Below are positions 35,050 through 47,479 of a stretch of 47,479 nucleotides of DNA, piece by piece. The notes beneath the pieces are model-generated. The model was given only the letters and a program-made list of their open reading frames with translations, did not search any database and was not told the DNA's origin. Both the position numbers and the translations under genes were made by a program. This DNA is from Klebsormidium nitens (taxonomy: Eukaryota > Plantae > Klebsormidiophyceae): contig DF237426.1 in the NCBI GenBank assembly GCA_000708835.1, positions 26,121-73,599 of the forward strand, read 5' to 3'. Positions within the stretch are counted from its first letter, which is position 1. Every line of letters starts with the position of its first letter.

Positions 35050-38000
35050 GGTCCTATGCCAGAACTGTAGTTGTTCAGCGATGTTCAAAAGGAAAACCAT
35101 GGGCGAAACGGCTCAGTGTCAGGAAACGACTTATACTTCTGACCACCTTGTGTAGGAATAAAGAAGTGGCCGGACTGAAGACCTTCATTGCCCTGCCCAC
35201 GTGAGAAACTTCACGAAGCTATACGACAGCCAGAGACTCCTTCACCATGTGAACTAGCGCCACTATTTCTGCGAGGCTTCAAATTCTGTCATTTAAAGGG
35301 CGCCCAAGAACGTGGTCGAGAACAAGGTCTAAGTGCGGTGCTTGACAGACACATCCACAATAGATCACATGACAAGGAGGCCGGGAAGATGGACGTAGAA
35401 AGGTCGGCAGAGCCCGTCGCAAAATCAAACCTTTATTTATTTGGCCGGAAGAACGAGTTCGACTGATCGTTCTTTCGGCCTTAAGACCGAACCGGAACGC
35501 GGCCCAAAAAAAAGCTCGGACGTAAGGATTTGTCGCGACCATGCTGATTTGGCAGAGAGGATACAATGATCAATCTATCATGAACAGAGTACGCGGAAAT
35601 TCTACAAGCGGAAGTAGTCTAGAGAATAGGACGTCTTACGCAGGGCAAAGGAAATCTCATCGATCGAAATGATCTCTTAACCATCTTCGAGGTAACGAAA
35701 TGACACTGAGAAACGTCTCTGCTTTCGAATCGAGAGAAATTAGTTTTTGGGCATCATGACCTGGCGAATTCCGGACGACTGACATGTCTCGAATGGGGAA
35801 GTCAGATTGTTCTCAATCATTGCCCTACCCATTCATATGCAGAATCTCATGAAATGTAAGCGCAAGGTACGTTACAGTGACGCAGGCAGCAGGGCGGGAA
35901 CCATGCGTTAAATGCATGCGGAGAGACTAGAAGTGAGTTAATATCAAACAGTCCTGCGGCTAAAACTGGTTTGCCTGGGTAGTTCGGGGTCCAATAGTGT
36001 GTACTAATGGATCTGAAGGCTGCGGCTCGGCGCAAACCCAGCGCGATCTGCACTTAACCTGTCCGAAATCCAGCATCACAAGCTCGTGCTCGGTGGGTTG
36101 CCCCCAAAAGCTGACTGCAAGAAGAGGCCGGCCCGTTTGCACGTCGGCAGAGCCAAGTGCCAGAGAGCATTGAAAACCGGTCAAGATGGCACTTGTGCGG
36201 CAAGGAAACGTAAGAAGCTCCGAGAAGTTCGATCCGTAGACTACATCCAGTCTGCCCACCGTTGAAGGGTGAAAAGGATCGAATCTGAAGCTCTTGAACA
36301 CAGCAATGCCGGAGGTCAGGTACTTTGCCGACTGTACACTTCGTTCGAACGGGAGGCATTTGGCTGCCTGGCTGCTTCGAAACCAATGACGTCTTCCGAG
36401 CTTCTAGGAGCATCCTCGAGAATGACAATCAGCGTGGCCTCAGAAACTCTGCAAACAAGCCTACTGCCGGCATCCCAGCGGTTCGGAGCTCCTCATTGGC
36501 CTCGATCCCAATCTTTGTCGACCTGCTTATCCTGCTCTCCCGGTGTAAGGAAGTTCGTACGACTACTTTTGAACCTCACTGGCCAAATCCGAGAAGTCGG
36601 GACGTGACCTGACGCTAACATCCATCTGCAGTTCGTGCCGCCGCAGAGGAACTTCGTTGCACCATGCTGTGAGAGCTGACTCCGTCCGACATAAAAGTCT
36701 GGAACATCCCACGGAGCCCATCCTTGCAAGCGGATTCAGAGGCTACCGTACATGATCCACTTGAACATTCTGTGCGCACATCGTGAAAGGACCTCAATTA
36801 CTCGTGCAGCCATTCTCTAAGAGGGCCGAAAATCAAGCTTTTGAATGAAGTAGATGGCGTCAATGGAACCCTACGTGTTGACCGCGTCATGGTTAGAACG
36901 CGGCCGGTAAAATCGCTTCGATTATCATCGCCCCCAATCTTCCAAGCAAAGGGATTCGAGTTTCTCGCTGGAATCAGTACTGTTGCACGAAGTTCTTATC
37001 ACACAGTCCGAAACGATGCGGTGGGTTCTCGTCTCCCCATTTTTCATTGTACACCCCGTATCTGTCTGCCCGGGGGCTTCGCCTGATATCCAAAGTCGGT
37101 TTCGTGACCGTTGTCCAATTTTGATAATTACCGGTACGTCAGACGACCCTGGTTAGCTCTTATATTCTCAATCACTCGACAGCGGTTTTCCAAGCCAGGG
37201 CAACCGACAGCGATTTTCAATTGGATCGAGGCAAAGCTCTTAAGCTGGCTGGTATGGCAGCCCCAACTCGAACATCCCGATGGAAAGAAGAATTTATACA
37301 AGAGGGGTCCTTAGTTTTGAGATGTAAACACGCACAAAATACGGCATCAGAGCATGAGTTGCTAGCCGACATCTGGTCCCCGAGAGGCGGGCCATGCTCG
37401 TCTCGTCAGCGCCGCGCAATTTCCGGTCCAGATCCAAGATCGATGAGACCTGCCGTACTTTACTTTGAACTCTGAACGAACAAAGCGACCCCTGCTCGCA
37501 GGGTGACTGAAACCAGCGAAGCCTGAACGTCATCAGGTTCGGTTCGGACAATCAAGGATCAGCCCAGTAAAAAGGATCGGCCTGTTGGAGAAAGTAGAGG
37601 TTAAACGAGGCACTTCGAGCAGCGGCTGGATTCAACCTCACTATGTTCGAAGACTGCGGCCGATGTCACTTTTGACACACGTCGGTGCACGATATATCAC
37701 ACCGTGAGCTGCATAATGGAAAAAAGCAGCTTGGCGCTCTTAGCCTCCCTAGCGTAAAGAAGTCTGTGTGAAGCTCTGTGTGAAGCTCGGCTTTGCAAGA
37801 AGGTTTCTTCAGGAAACAAGAGATGTGGGCAGGAACACGTGATTCGCGGCTCAGGAATGGGTCTCATCAAACTTGTCCTGGCCGTCTTCAGCGAAAGGGG
37901 CCACCTGCCAAATCATGGCCCAAAAACCACTTTCACCTCTTCTTCTGCACGCAAAATTTTCTGTTCTGAGATCTCACCGCTGCTGAAGGATCACGTGTCC

Positions 38001-41000
38001 GTTTCAGTTTAAAACGGATAACACCATTTCAGTCTAGGCGTGGGAACAAATCTGGGTATTGGGACCAAAGACTCCTTACGCCCTTCATTGGCAAGCTGAG
38101 AAGGGACTGCATTGCTGGACCCCAAGAGAACTATCCAACCGCGGTTCCCTCAGCTATCCATTTGCAGCCTTCTCAGGATTCGAGTTGGAAGGCTCGTGCG
38201 GAAGCAACGAAAATATTTTTCCAATGCGGCAAACTCTGACCGCTCCTCAAAGTTGCAATTGCCAGGGCATCAAGCGAGAAGGCTTGCCCAATTACAGCCG
38301 TTCATTTCGACCGCCGTGGATTCCTCAATCATTGCCAAACGGCCACCTTACTAGCCTTCCACGATTTTGTACTGGTAACGTCATGGAACTTCATTTACCT
38401 TGAAATACGAGACGTCTTTGTAGCAAACACCATTTTCTCATGGATCGACCCTCGTAGTACGCCGGAACCCACTCATAATCAAGTGCACGCAGAGTCATCC
38501 GCAACTCGTTGATCCAACGTTTTGAACATGGGGATTTCTCTGAAGTAGACCAGTCTGGACGTGCTCGCGCGGTGTGCCCACAACCGCGCGGTGCAAGCAA
38601 AGGCTAGCCCGCTTATTTCCCGGCTGAAGGAAACGTGCTCGGAGGATGATGACTCCGATCATTGCAGTGCAATTTTGGTGCGGCAAGGCCACGATACATT
38701 CCCGGGCTCTGGCAAGCTTCGAAGTCGCCCACTGGCCGTTAGAGTGACCGCGAAGAGGATACTAAAGCTGTCCTAAATTGTAGGCAACGAGCGGCACTCA
38801 CTTTTGCGATCTAAAAACTGGAGATGAGGTGGTCCGCTGCCTGCAGTTGCCGCAACTAACGACGTGTTTAGAAAAATTCGAGGAGTGGAGCATATTACTC
38901 GACGATGGGCAGGCCTAGGCGGTTGCCACGGTGATCTTTGCCCGCAGATCCAGCAATACAGCGCTCCTCATTGGCCACCTTTTAACACTTTCCTTCCCTT
39001 CTGCGGCTAACGTAAATCCTCTCCAGCAAGAAGATCTGACGTGAAGGAAAGTTTACAGCGTCCGCTGGAGCTTTCAGATGCTGTTAAAAGTGACACGTGG
39101 CATATGCAGTTATCCGTGTCGTAAATCACAGAACGTTCATGCAGGTTACCCCCGGTGGCATCGATTGGAAGGCGCCTGAGAAACTTGGGGGCACGGAAAA
39201 AGCCCAAATGGAACAGTCATCACTTCAGCAACAGACTGACGATTTCACTCGCAAGAGGGCTTGCTTGAGGCAAGTAAACACGGCAACGAAGTCCGCTGAG
39301 ATTAAGTACATTATCGAGGCATCTTTGCAGGGCACGGTGGCGTCGGAGGACCTCTAGACAAGTTGCAGTGTGTTGATGGGATGCGATTCACACAGGTGCC
39401 AGTGAGAGGCCTCACAGCCGATAGGATTAATCCACTCTGTTTCATTGAGAAGGCTCGTCAAATGAGCAAGTTAGAACGCCTGTCTGAGTTGCAAATTGGG
39501 GTTTCGATGCCGCTTATGCACAATCTTGTCTAGAACAAACAGATACAGGGGTGTCGGAAACTAAGCTTTAATCTTATGTGCGCCGAAACGCGTGTTTGGA
39601 CGCACAGCCACAGTTTGACGACTCTACGCTTTGCAGAGGTGCAAGCTGTAGTAATCAAATTACATCCAATCAATAGTCGGGCAGCTTTGAAATTGGAATT
39701 GCAGCCCCGACCATGAATCAGTACTGGGAGGCGCGAAAAGTCCAGACCACGAATTCGTCTCAGTCAAATTAAGTGCGACAACTCCATTCTACAAGAAGGC
39801 GTGCTTGATCTGCACGTCGAGTTGCTCATACTCTCGGCTAAACGCAATGATGGGACGGGCAGGTAGCACTAGGGGCGTCGGAACTCTTAACAACACTGGC
39901 CTGGGCGCGGAAGTCTCAGCTCGACGTACGTCTTAGCCCCAGTTCAATGACTCTACTCATCGTTATGTTGCCCATGTAGCAGGCAATCATTTCTTTAATT
40001 TTGGAATTGGAGCATTTGCAAGCGGGTCCGAGATCGGGGCCCCGAAACGGTGATCTAAGATTCAACCCCCTGTTCTACTCACTGATCGATAAGATTCCGG
40101 CTTCCTCCATAGAAGCCGGTCGTTTCAGGATGCTCTGTTCCTCTACGAAGCGACTTCTGGCTCGAACATACCACAACGATGACGCCCGCTTTCTATGCAG
40201 CTTCGTAGACGTCCGCTTCTATGCAACTACAGATTAATCTGTGCAGAAACCGCTCATTGGAACGGGGGGTGGTTTGAAGTAGTGGTGCCTCGTGCATCAG
40301 CAGCATTAGGATGAAACTTGACTGCCCATTTAATCAAACAATCGCAGCAGCAGCAGTAGCGTTGCTTGATTAATTGGTGACTGCAGTAAGAACGTATGGG
40401 TGAACCCTCAGGCCAGAACGCAACGTTTATCAACGTAGAGACTTGCAAGGAAACTGGGCTATTGAGGTATATCTCTCGCAACTGCCGGCTCGACAACAAA
40501 GTTCCAAGGAAACGATACCTGATACTTCATTGGTCAAACGCAATATCGACACTTGAAGATCCAAATTTCAAACCCAAATACATTTCAAACTCTACCACTG
40601 GTCAAATTGCAGATTGTCGGCCTCTGATTTTCCCCTCACTACCGTGCTCCCGGCACTAGCGCTAGCTATATATAGGAGCCGGCAGACGTCTTCATTGCCA
40701 ACAGTGACGTGGAGGAAGGTGTTCAGAGACGAGTTCCCTCACTTTTCAGAAAAGCCACTTTTATGGTTTGATGGCTTTGGGTGAAGCGTGCATGCAAGAG
40801 AGGTCATGGCCTTGAGACCAGGCAATCGTCATAGCCACCAACCGTAAAATGAGCCACCGAAAGGGTCAGCGAGAGAAGACCATTTTCTTGCATCCTTAAG
40901 AGAAATTTAACCGTAACGTACAGATTTAGGAGTCCAGGCCTGGGTCTCAGGCTGCAAGAAGGAGCTCTGCATCCGGATGCAATGCGAGAGTCGAGCTGGA

Positions 41001-41105
41001 TCCAACAGTCAATCGGTGTCGCGCCAACGACGTCACGGTCCTCCAACGCAGGCAAGAGCAGGGAAGCAAACGGATTCGACGCAGGCCTCTGCCGAGCCTG
41101 TGCCC
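35050..41105 (-). pseudogene. Decayed long coding sequence, copy A, family unrecognised
   Basis: Differences from copy B concentrate at third codon positions or are conservative in minus-strand frames. Examples: CNFEERSEFAALE...TSLPTR (~38190-38257); RWPMRSAVLLDL (~38945-38980); LPALEDRDVVGATPIDCWIQLD (~40995-41060); VSHVGRAMKVFSPATSLFLHKV (~35145-35210). Many stops and frameshifts. Confidence 0.55.
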
Positions 41106-44100
41106 AAATTCAGTGAAATCGAATGTAGATCCGTGGGCAAAATGACTCGGTGTCAGGAACGGACCTAAAATTCTTGAAAACCTTGTGTAAGAAGCGGGAG
41201 GCGGCCGGAACGAAGGTCTTTATTGCCCTGCCCACACGAGAGACTTACCAAGCTGGACAAAAGCAGGACCTCCTTTACCATATTGTGAAGCACAAAATAT
41301 TTCATGCAAAGCTTTCTACCGTTTGAAACGGCGCCCAACAACGTGGTCTAGAACATGAATCGTGCTTGCCGGGGACAATCCAGACTCGCTTCACATGATC
41401 AGCAGGTTGGAGGAACAGACGAGAATAGGTCAGCAGAGCCCCTCGCCGGATCGATTATAAGGCTATTCGACGGAAGGAAGAGGCCACCAAGAAACAATCT
41501 GGCTAGGTCTATCGACGCAACTGAAACGGCCATATGCCAAAGCTTGGGACGTTTCGTCGTTCTCAGGCCAACTGATATCCACAAAGAAGGCAAGATTCTT
41601 TAGTCTGACAGAGGCGCAGCTTTGTACAGACGGTCACCTTGACTGGCACGAAATGTGCAGAGACTAACGGATCGTAGTCATCTATGCAAAGAATACTTCG
41701 AGAATCGGACTTGACATAAGTCTCTTCTTTTCTTGAAACTCCAAGAAAGAAATTTTGGCATCACAGCCTCAAAATTGGACTGACCTGTCTCGGCGGGAGA
41801 GGCCAGACTGTTTTTCATCATCGCCCTACTCATATTCGTCATCAATCTGAAAGAACTTACTTCGTTCGAGCGGCCTACCGGCACTTCCATAGCGCGGACG
41901 CAGTCAAATGGGCGGCAGCCATGCATCAAAGCAGTCGAAGATAAGGTCGTTGATCGGCGCACTTTTTTCCAAGTAGCCTCGACCACGTACTCGACCCTGA
42001 GCTTCTAGAGGCGGAAGTCACTGATGACCATGTCTGATGGTTGCGGGATGGATTTTCTCGCTCCTGGTAATCGGAAGCGCCTTCGAACCTGAAGACGGCA
42101 CGATCAAAGAGAGTCCACAATCAACTACTTGAAGGGTGTTGCTCGGCTTAGCAGCTAGCGCAATCTGCACCTTACATATATGTGGTCTTGCACGCGCGTG
42201 CGCGCTGCTCACAACATCTGAGCGCGGGCAGAGGCCGGCTTGGTCACACTTCGGCAGGGAAACACGCCTGAGGTGGATATTGCCTCTGATCACATGGACT
42301 TCCGGTATGGCAAGGAAACTTAAGAAACTCTGAGCAGTGCGCAATCAGAATCCAGGCTGCCCATTCTGTCAAGGTGGAAAGAATCGACCATATATGCAAG
42401 TACTAGTAGATACGGCCAGGTACTTTGCCTACTGTAGACTTCGCAGACCATACTGAGGGGCCGGGCCGGAAAGCAGAGATCAAGCGCTTAAGAAAACATA
42501 GGAGGCCGTCGATGAACACGCAGAGTTGTTGAGCGCGTCACGGTCGTGTCTTGAACGCGAAAGAGCGCGTCGATTATCACCGCCCTCAATCTGTCAAGCA
42601 AAGTGCGATTCGAGCTTCTCGCCAAGGATCAGTACTAGTACTGCTTTCTTCTCAAAGCAGGGACGGAATCTAAGTACGCAGTCCGAAACTATCCAAAGGG
42701 CCCTTGAATACAACCGTTTTGATTGTGCGCCCCCAGTGATCTGACTAGGGATTACGCTTTGCTAAGCAAAGCTTTGCCTGATATGCAAAATTTCTCAGGT
42801 TCGTTTCCGGCCAGGTTGATTAGTACCGGTACGACCGACAATCCTATCGAGCTCCGAATCTCGATCACACGGCATCGTTTGGAGTCCAAGCTAGGGCAGC
42901 CAACATGAGCGAGTCTCAAATGGGATCCAGGCGAACCTTTTGTTCAAGCTGATATGGCGGTCCCGACATCCGGGAGGGGAGAAGACTTTTTACAGAGCGA
43001 TCGATAAGTGACGATCTTACACACGCACACGATGCGGCGTCAAAGGCACGCAAGTGCCAGCTACACAGCTAGCCGATTTCTGGTCCATGAATGCGGGCCA
43101 TGCTCGTTTTTCAGCGCCGCGTAACGTCCAGTCCAAATTCCAAGATCACCAAGACGTGCCGTACTTTTTGAGCTTACAAGCGGCCATGCTCGCTGGATGG
43201 CGAAATTGGTTGACAATTTCCTGGCGGAAAAAATTCTGTGTGAATTCGAAGCTCCTGTTTGATGGTCCTCTTTTTCAAACAGTCCAGTCTAGATGCGGAT
43301 GAAATACCTGAAGAGTCGGCTCAGAAAATATTGTGATTGAAGCCGATTTGCCCGCCGTCAGAGAAAGGGCCACTTTGCCAAAAACAAGGGTCCAAAAAGC
43401 TATGCTCTTGCACACCAAATCTTCTAAATTTCGCCGCTGCTAAGAGGGCACGTATTCAAATCTGATGGAATCCGCGTGTCAAGCTGTCTAACAACGTTCA
43501 CAGGATTCGAGTTAGGAACAAACTGGAACGAGGACTCTTCAAGCCCGTGACTGGCACGCTGAGAGGTCATCGCTGCATCGAGAGAGTTTTCCAACCCGAA
43601 TTATTCCAATTTCAGGACACCGGGTTGGCAAGCTCGTGCAGAATCGACGAGAATTTTCTTCCATGGCGGCAAATTCTGACCGCTCGTCAAAATTGCAAAT
43701 GCCAAGGCATCTAGTGATGATTGTGACCCCAATCACAGCCGTTCATTAATTCGACCGCGGTTGGGTCCCTCCGTCATCGCCATTTGAACGGCCGCTGTAG
43801 TCTTCGATAATCTGTGTATTGGAACAGATTTCAGGTCGGTATGGAGCTCTTCTGCCTAAAATTCGAGATTTGATTTCAGCAATACATCATGTTCTCAAAG
43901 GGTCCACCCTCGTAGTACGCCGGAACCATTCCAAAGCCGAGCTGCACACGCACCGTCGCGTGCACCTGGTCCAAAACCTGAGAGCGGTTTGGCGCCACTT
44001 CGGAATTTATACGCCACTTCTCTGAAGGAGATCAGTCTATGCTCGTGCGCTGTGCCCACAACTGCGCGGTGCAAGAAATGCTGGCCCGGTTGTTGAACGG

Positions 44101-46775
44101 AAGGGAAACGTGCTCGGAGGATGATGAACCCGGTCTTGTGGGCTTTTGGTGCGGCAAGGCCACGCAATAGTCTCCCTGGCGAGCTTCGAAACCGCCCACT
44201 TGCTACTTTGACCGCGAAAAGGATAGTAGTCCTGCGCAGTCCGAAATTAATAGTAAGCAACGAGCGTAACCGAATTATGCCCTACTTTATGAACAATTTG
44301 GAAATCAGGTGGTCAGATGCATGCGCCCTGGATGCCACAAGGAAGGAACGTGGCAGAAGCATTTTGAGGAGCATTAAAATTTTAATTAAAAGACGAGTAG
44401 GCCTCCGCAACATCCTCACCAATGTCTGCCGGTAAATCCAGCAAGACGGCGCTCTTCATCGGCCACCTTTTCACACTTTTTCTGATCTTCTTCTGCCGCT
44501 GGCCATCCTCTCCGGCGTGAGGCTCCGGCGTGAAGGATTTCAGACGTGTCCAAGATTTGGAGCTGTCAATGCTTTTGTGAGGGACACGTGCATCCTATTG
44601 TCGCTCCACTACGTGGGCATCCAGCTGCAGTCGTGCCGTACACCAAAGAACGCCCACGCGAGTATTCCCGGTGGCATCACAAGGCGTCCTGATGATCTCG
44701 AGGGCGCGGAAAAGCTAAAATGGAACACTCAATACAGTCACAGACCGTCACTTTACTCGCGAGAGAGCTTGCTTGAAGAGAAGAAACGATTGGCAACGAC
44801 GTTGACTGAAAATCAGCTGGACAGTGTCGAGGCATCTGGGTAGGTCACGGTGGCGTCGGACGACCGTCCAAGAGAAGTAAGATAATGCGAAAAAAAATCC
44901 GCACGGGTAAGAGACGTCACAGCCAAAACTCGACAATTACGTTATTAAAAGTCTCGCCTTGATCTGCACTAGCTAGAACGCTTGTGGAAGGTGCAAATTG
45001 CCGTGAAGTTTTATAGTGACACACCAGCACATTTTTTTCTGGAGCGAACAGGTCACAGTGGCGTCGGAAAATTAAGTGCCGGGGATTGTATGTGGCAGAG
45101 ACGCACGTTTAGAACAGTCACAGCCACAGTTTGACGACTCTACGCTTGTTTGAAGTGCAGGCCTTTGTAAGTGAAATTGACGGGTACACCAAAGTCAACC
45201 AGCGTCGGAAGCCCTTAATAATCAGTACTGTGGGAAAAGCTAGACCAAATTGTTCTTTGTCAAAGTGCAACAATTGGACTCTTCATGAAGCCGTGCCTGA
45301 GTTGCGAACTGGGTTGCTCATACTGTCACGGTCGGTTGATTACTGCAAAGATTGGGCTGGCAACAGGGGCGCTGGAACTCTTTCTACTAGCCTGGGCGCG
45401 GAACGCCAGCTCTACGTACATTTTAACCCCAAATTCGGACTATACTCATCATGATGTTTCCCAGTTAACAAGCGCAATCGTTTTCTTGCATGGAGCGGTT
45501 GCAACAATAGCGTTTCCGAGCTCGTGGCCCTCAAATGGTGCATTGTAGTAAGTCCCCCTGTTCTACTCACTGTTCGATAGGGCTTCCTTCATAGAAGCCG
45601 GTCGTTTCAGGATGTTCTTCTATTTCTAAGCGACAGCTTCTGGCTCGATCATACCATAGATTTGACGTCCGCTTTTATGCATGCAGCTACTTTGATCGAG
45701 CTACAACGGCTTCCTACAACCGGGGGGGTGCTTGAAATCGTGGTCGTGACGTATTGAGATCAGCAGCACTGAGTGGGAATCTGATTGCCCATTCTTCGAT
45801 CAATCACAGGGTCATCAGTAGCGTTGCTTGAATGTTGTCAGTGCAATGAGAACTTATAAGGGGAGCCTCTGCTAGCTCAGAGCGCAACGCTGATCGAGGT
45901 ACAGACTCGCCGGGAAAACTGGGCTGTTTGTGGAAAAATCTCGGCAACTGCCGGCTCGACAACAAAGCAGCCCCTGAAATTTAATGCTTTCAGGCCGCAC
46001 AGCAAAATCATTGCCGCAGGTTAGCATCGAGGCAAGACACGTGGTGGCCGTGCGTAAGTTATGAGGCCCTCGACCCAGCGACTTCGTTGAGCAAGCGCAT
46101 ATGGACAAAGAGGCATCATCGGACGGGGATGCAAGAGCGAGCTGCCTCAGGCATGATTAGAAGACATATCGACTATGATTCTCTCGATGCCACCCGCGAT
46201 CCGTTTCACAGCGCAAAAATAAACAAGCACTGGCCATTCAGGCAGATGTTAGTCAAGTGTATTACTGATACTCGAAGATCCAAAATCAGACTCAATCAGT
46301 GGTCAAAGTCAGATAGTTGGCCTCTGATTCCTCCATCAACGACCTGCCCCCGGCACTAGGAGCAGGCAGACGTCTTCATAGCCAACGGTGAATTGGAGCT
46401 GGGAAAGGTGTTCAGAGACGGTTCCCCTCACGTTCAGGACCAAGAAGTTATTTCGTTTGATGGCGTCGGGCAAACACAACAAGATGAAGTGGCCATGATC
46501 AAATCAGGCAGTGGTCGTCACAGCCACCAGCCGTAACTTGACCTATAGAAGAGTAGGTCATTGAAAGAAGACTGTTGTCGTGCATCCTTACAAGACACCA
46601 ATGTCACCCGCGGTAGAGGGGTAGTAGGTATATACAAGCCCGGGTCTCAGGCTGCAGGCAGGGCCTTCGAGCCGGATCCGACAGTTGATTTCAGTCACGC
46701 CAACGACGTCACTCAACGCAGGCAAGAGCAAAGAAACCGACTGAGTAAATCCATAAAAGCCCCGGCCTGTTTCGC
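35050..46775. repeat. Old, diverged tandem duplication; units ~35050-41105 and ~41105-46775
   Basis: Collinear identical anchors: 35187-35200/41222-41235; 38448-38469/43906-43927; 38629-38652/44104-44127; 39603-39631/45119-45147; 40108-40132/45590-45614; 40942-40956/46642-46656. Offsets of 5.46-6.04 kb reflect indels. Boundaries are approximate. Confidence 0.9.
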
Positions 46776-46878
46776 CGATGCTTTGACGGTACGATCCATC
46801 TGCACCAGGCTTTTTGGTTGGACGGTACGGCACCCACAACAAAGACAGCAGCAGCAAAAAGAAAGCGAAGCTTCTCAA
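41105..46878 (-). pseudogene. Decayed long coding sequence, copy B, family unrecognised
   Basis: Paralogous blocks: CNFDERSEFAAME...TSLPTR (~43620-43697); RWPMKSAVLLDL (~44433-44468); LPALSDVVGVTEINCRIRLE (~46665-46725); VSRVGRAIKTFVPAASRFLHKV (~41180-41245). The upstream ORF 46588..46878 starts with a hydrophobic stretch (FAFFLLLLSLLW). Many stops and frameshifts. Confidence 0.55.
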
Positions 46879-46964
46879 GATGAACGCTTCAAGGCCGCAC
46901 GGGAAGCCTGAGATACCGGCACGCTAATCTAGTCCACAAGGGAGATTTCAAGTTTTCCGTTCCT

Positions 46965-47000
46965 GTGACCCACTGTGTGACCCACTGTGTGACCCACTGT
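46965..47000. repeat. Perfect tandem repeat (GTGACCCACTGT)x3
   Basis: Units at 46965-46976, 46977-46988 and 46989-47000. Confidence 0.97.
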
Positions 47001-47023
47001 CCCAGGACTGTCTAGACCACTGG

Positions 47024-47321
47024 CTGACTGACTGACTGCCTGACCGCTGCCTTGACCGTCCCCACCCTGACCAGCCTGACTGACTGACCGGCTGACTAGA
47101 CCTTCAGTCACCCGGCGGACTAACCGACCTGACTGACTGACCGGCTGACTGTTTCCATGTAGGCTTAACTAGCCTTCATAGCCTGGCTGACTGAGCGGCT
47201 GACTGCTCGTGGATACTCTATTAGGACTCTATTCCTAACCAGCCTGACTGACTAACCGACTGACCGACTCCCGATTAAAAGCCTATTAGCCTAACTAGCC
47301 TGACTGACTGACAGGCTGACT
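47024..47321. repeat. Degenerate (CTGA)n / CTGAC-CTAAC-rich simple repeat tract
   Basis: Dense CTGACTGACT/CTAAC/CCGAC variants. The exact 23-mer CCTGACTGACTGACCGGCTGACT occurs at 47075-47097 and 47128-47150. Confidence 0.9.
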
Positions 47322-47479
47322 ACCGGTAGAACCGTACGGTACCGCTGGCAATACCGAAGGTACTACGTGCATGTACAGAAGACTGTACCCCGTGCACCTT
47401 TACCGGTGACCACAGCTGTATTATTAAAGTTGTAGCTTCATTCCGCTAATACCTTATACAGTGCATTCCGTATCCATGT

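Noticed and set aside
37380-44470. Kinase (ARLGDLG / GLIDLG), F-box or RT (AVLLDL) and Upf1-like (CAHN.AV) motif guesses in the duplicated unit
   Set aside because: Each is a short isolated match lacking the neighbouring motifs required, is not conserved in both copies, or lies on the strand without the coding signature.
1-47479. tRNA, rRNA or snRNA genes
   Set aside because: GTTCGA-type words occur (e.g. ~16331, ~19340) but without cloverleaf context. No recognisable structural RNA was seen by eye; tRNAscan-SE or Infernal would be decisive.

Overview
Eukaryotic, intron-rich nuclear DNA with GT-AG introns and GC-rich exons. Style and gene content suggest a flagellate-retaining green alga such as a Klebsormidium-like streptophyte; this is an inference. 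From left to right: (1) a 7-exon, minus-strand KDZ (Kyakuja-Dileera-Zisupton)-type transposase gene of about 1,430 codons, with a Cys-finger, two SWIM-like fingers, a CxC-type domain and a D-D-E core. It is broken by one in-frame TGA and by a 570-bp TIR element with an 8-bp TSD whose precise removal restores the reading frame. (2) An 8-exon divergent Rab1/RabD-like GTPase. Its exon-6 acceptor region is tandemly triplicated and its last intron holds a 372-bp hAT-type MITE. (3) Decayed gene-like fragments, including a possible P-loop NTPase remnant. (4) A 9-exon Sel1-repeat gene (minus) head-to-head with a 6-exon MYCBPAP-like gene (plus). (5) An old tandem duplication of about 6 kb of a long, decayed minus-strand coding sequence of unrecognised family. 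(6) Simple repeats at the right end. No rRNA, tRNA or CRISPR array was seen. All gene models were assembled by eye from splice signals, phase consistency and protein motifs.
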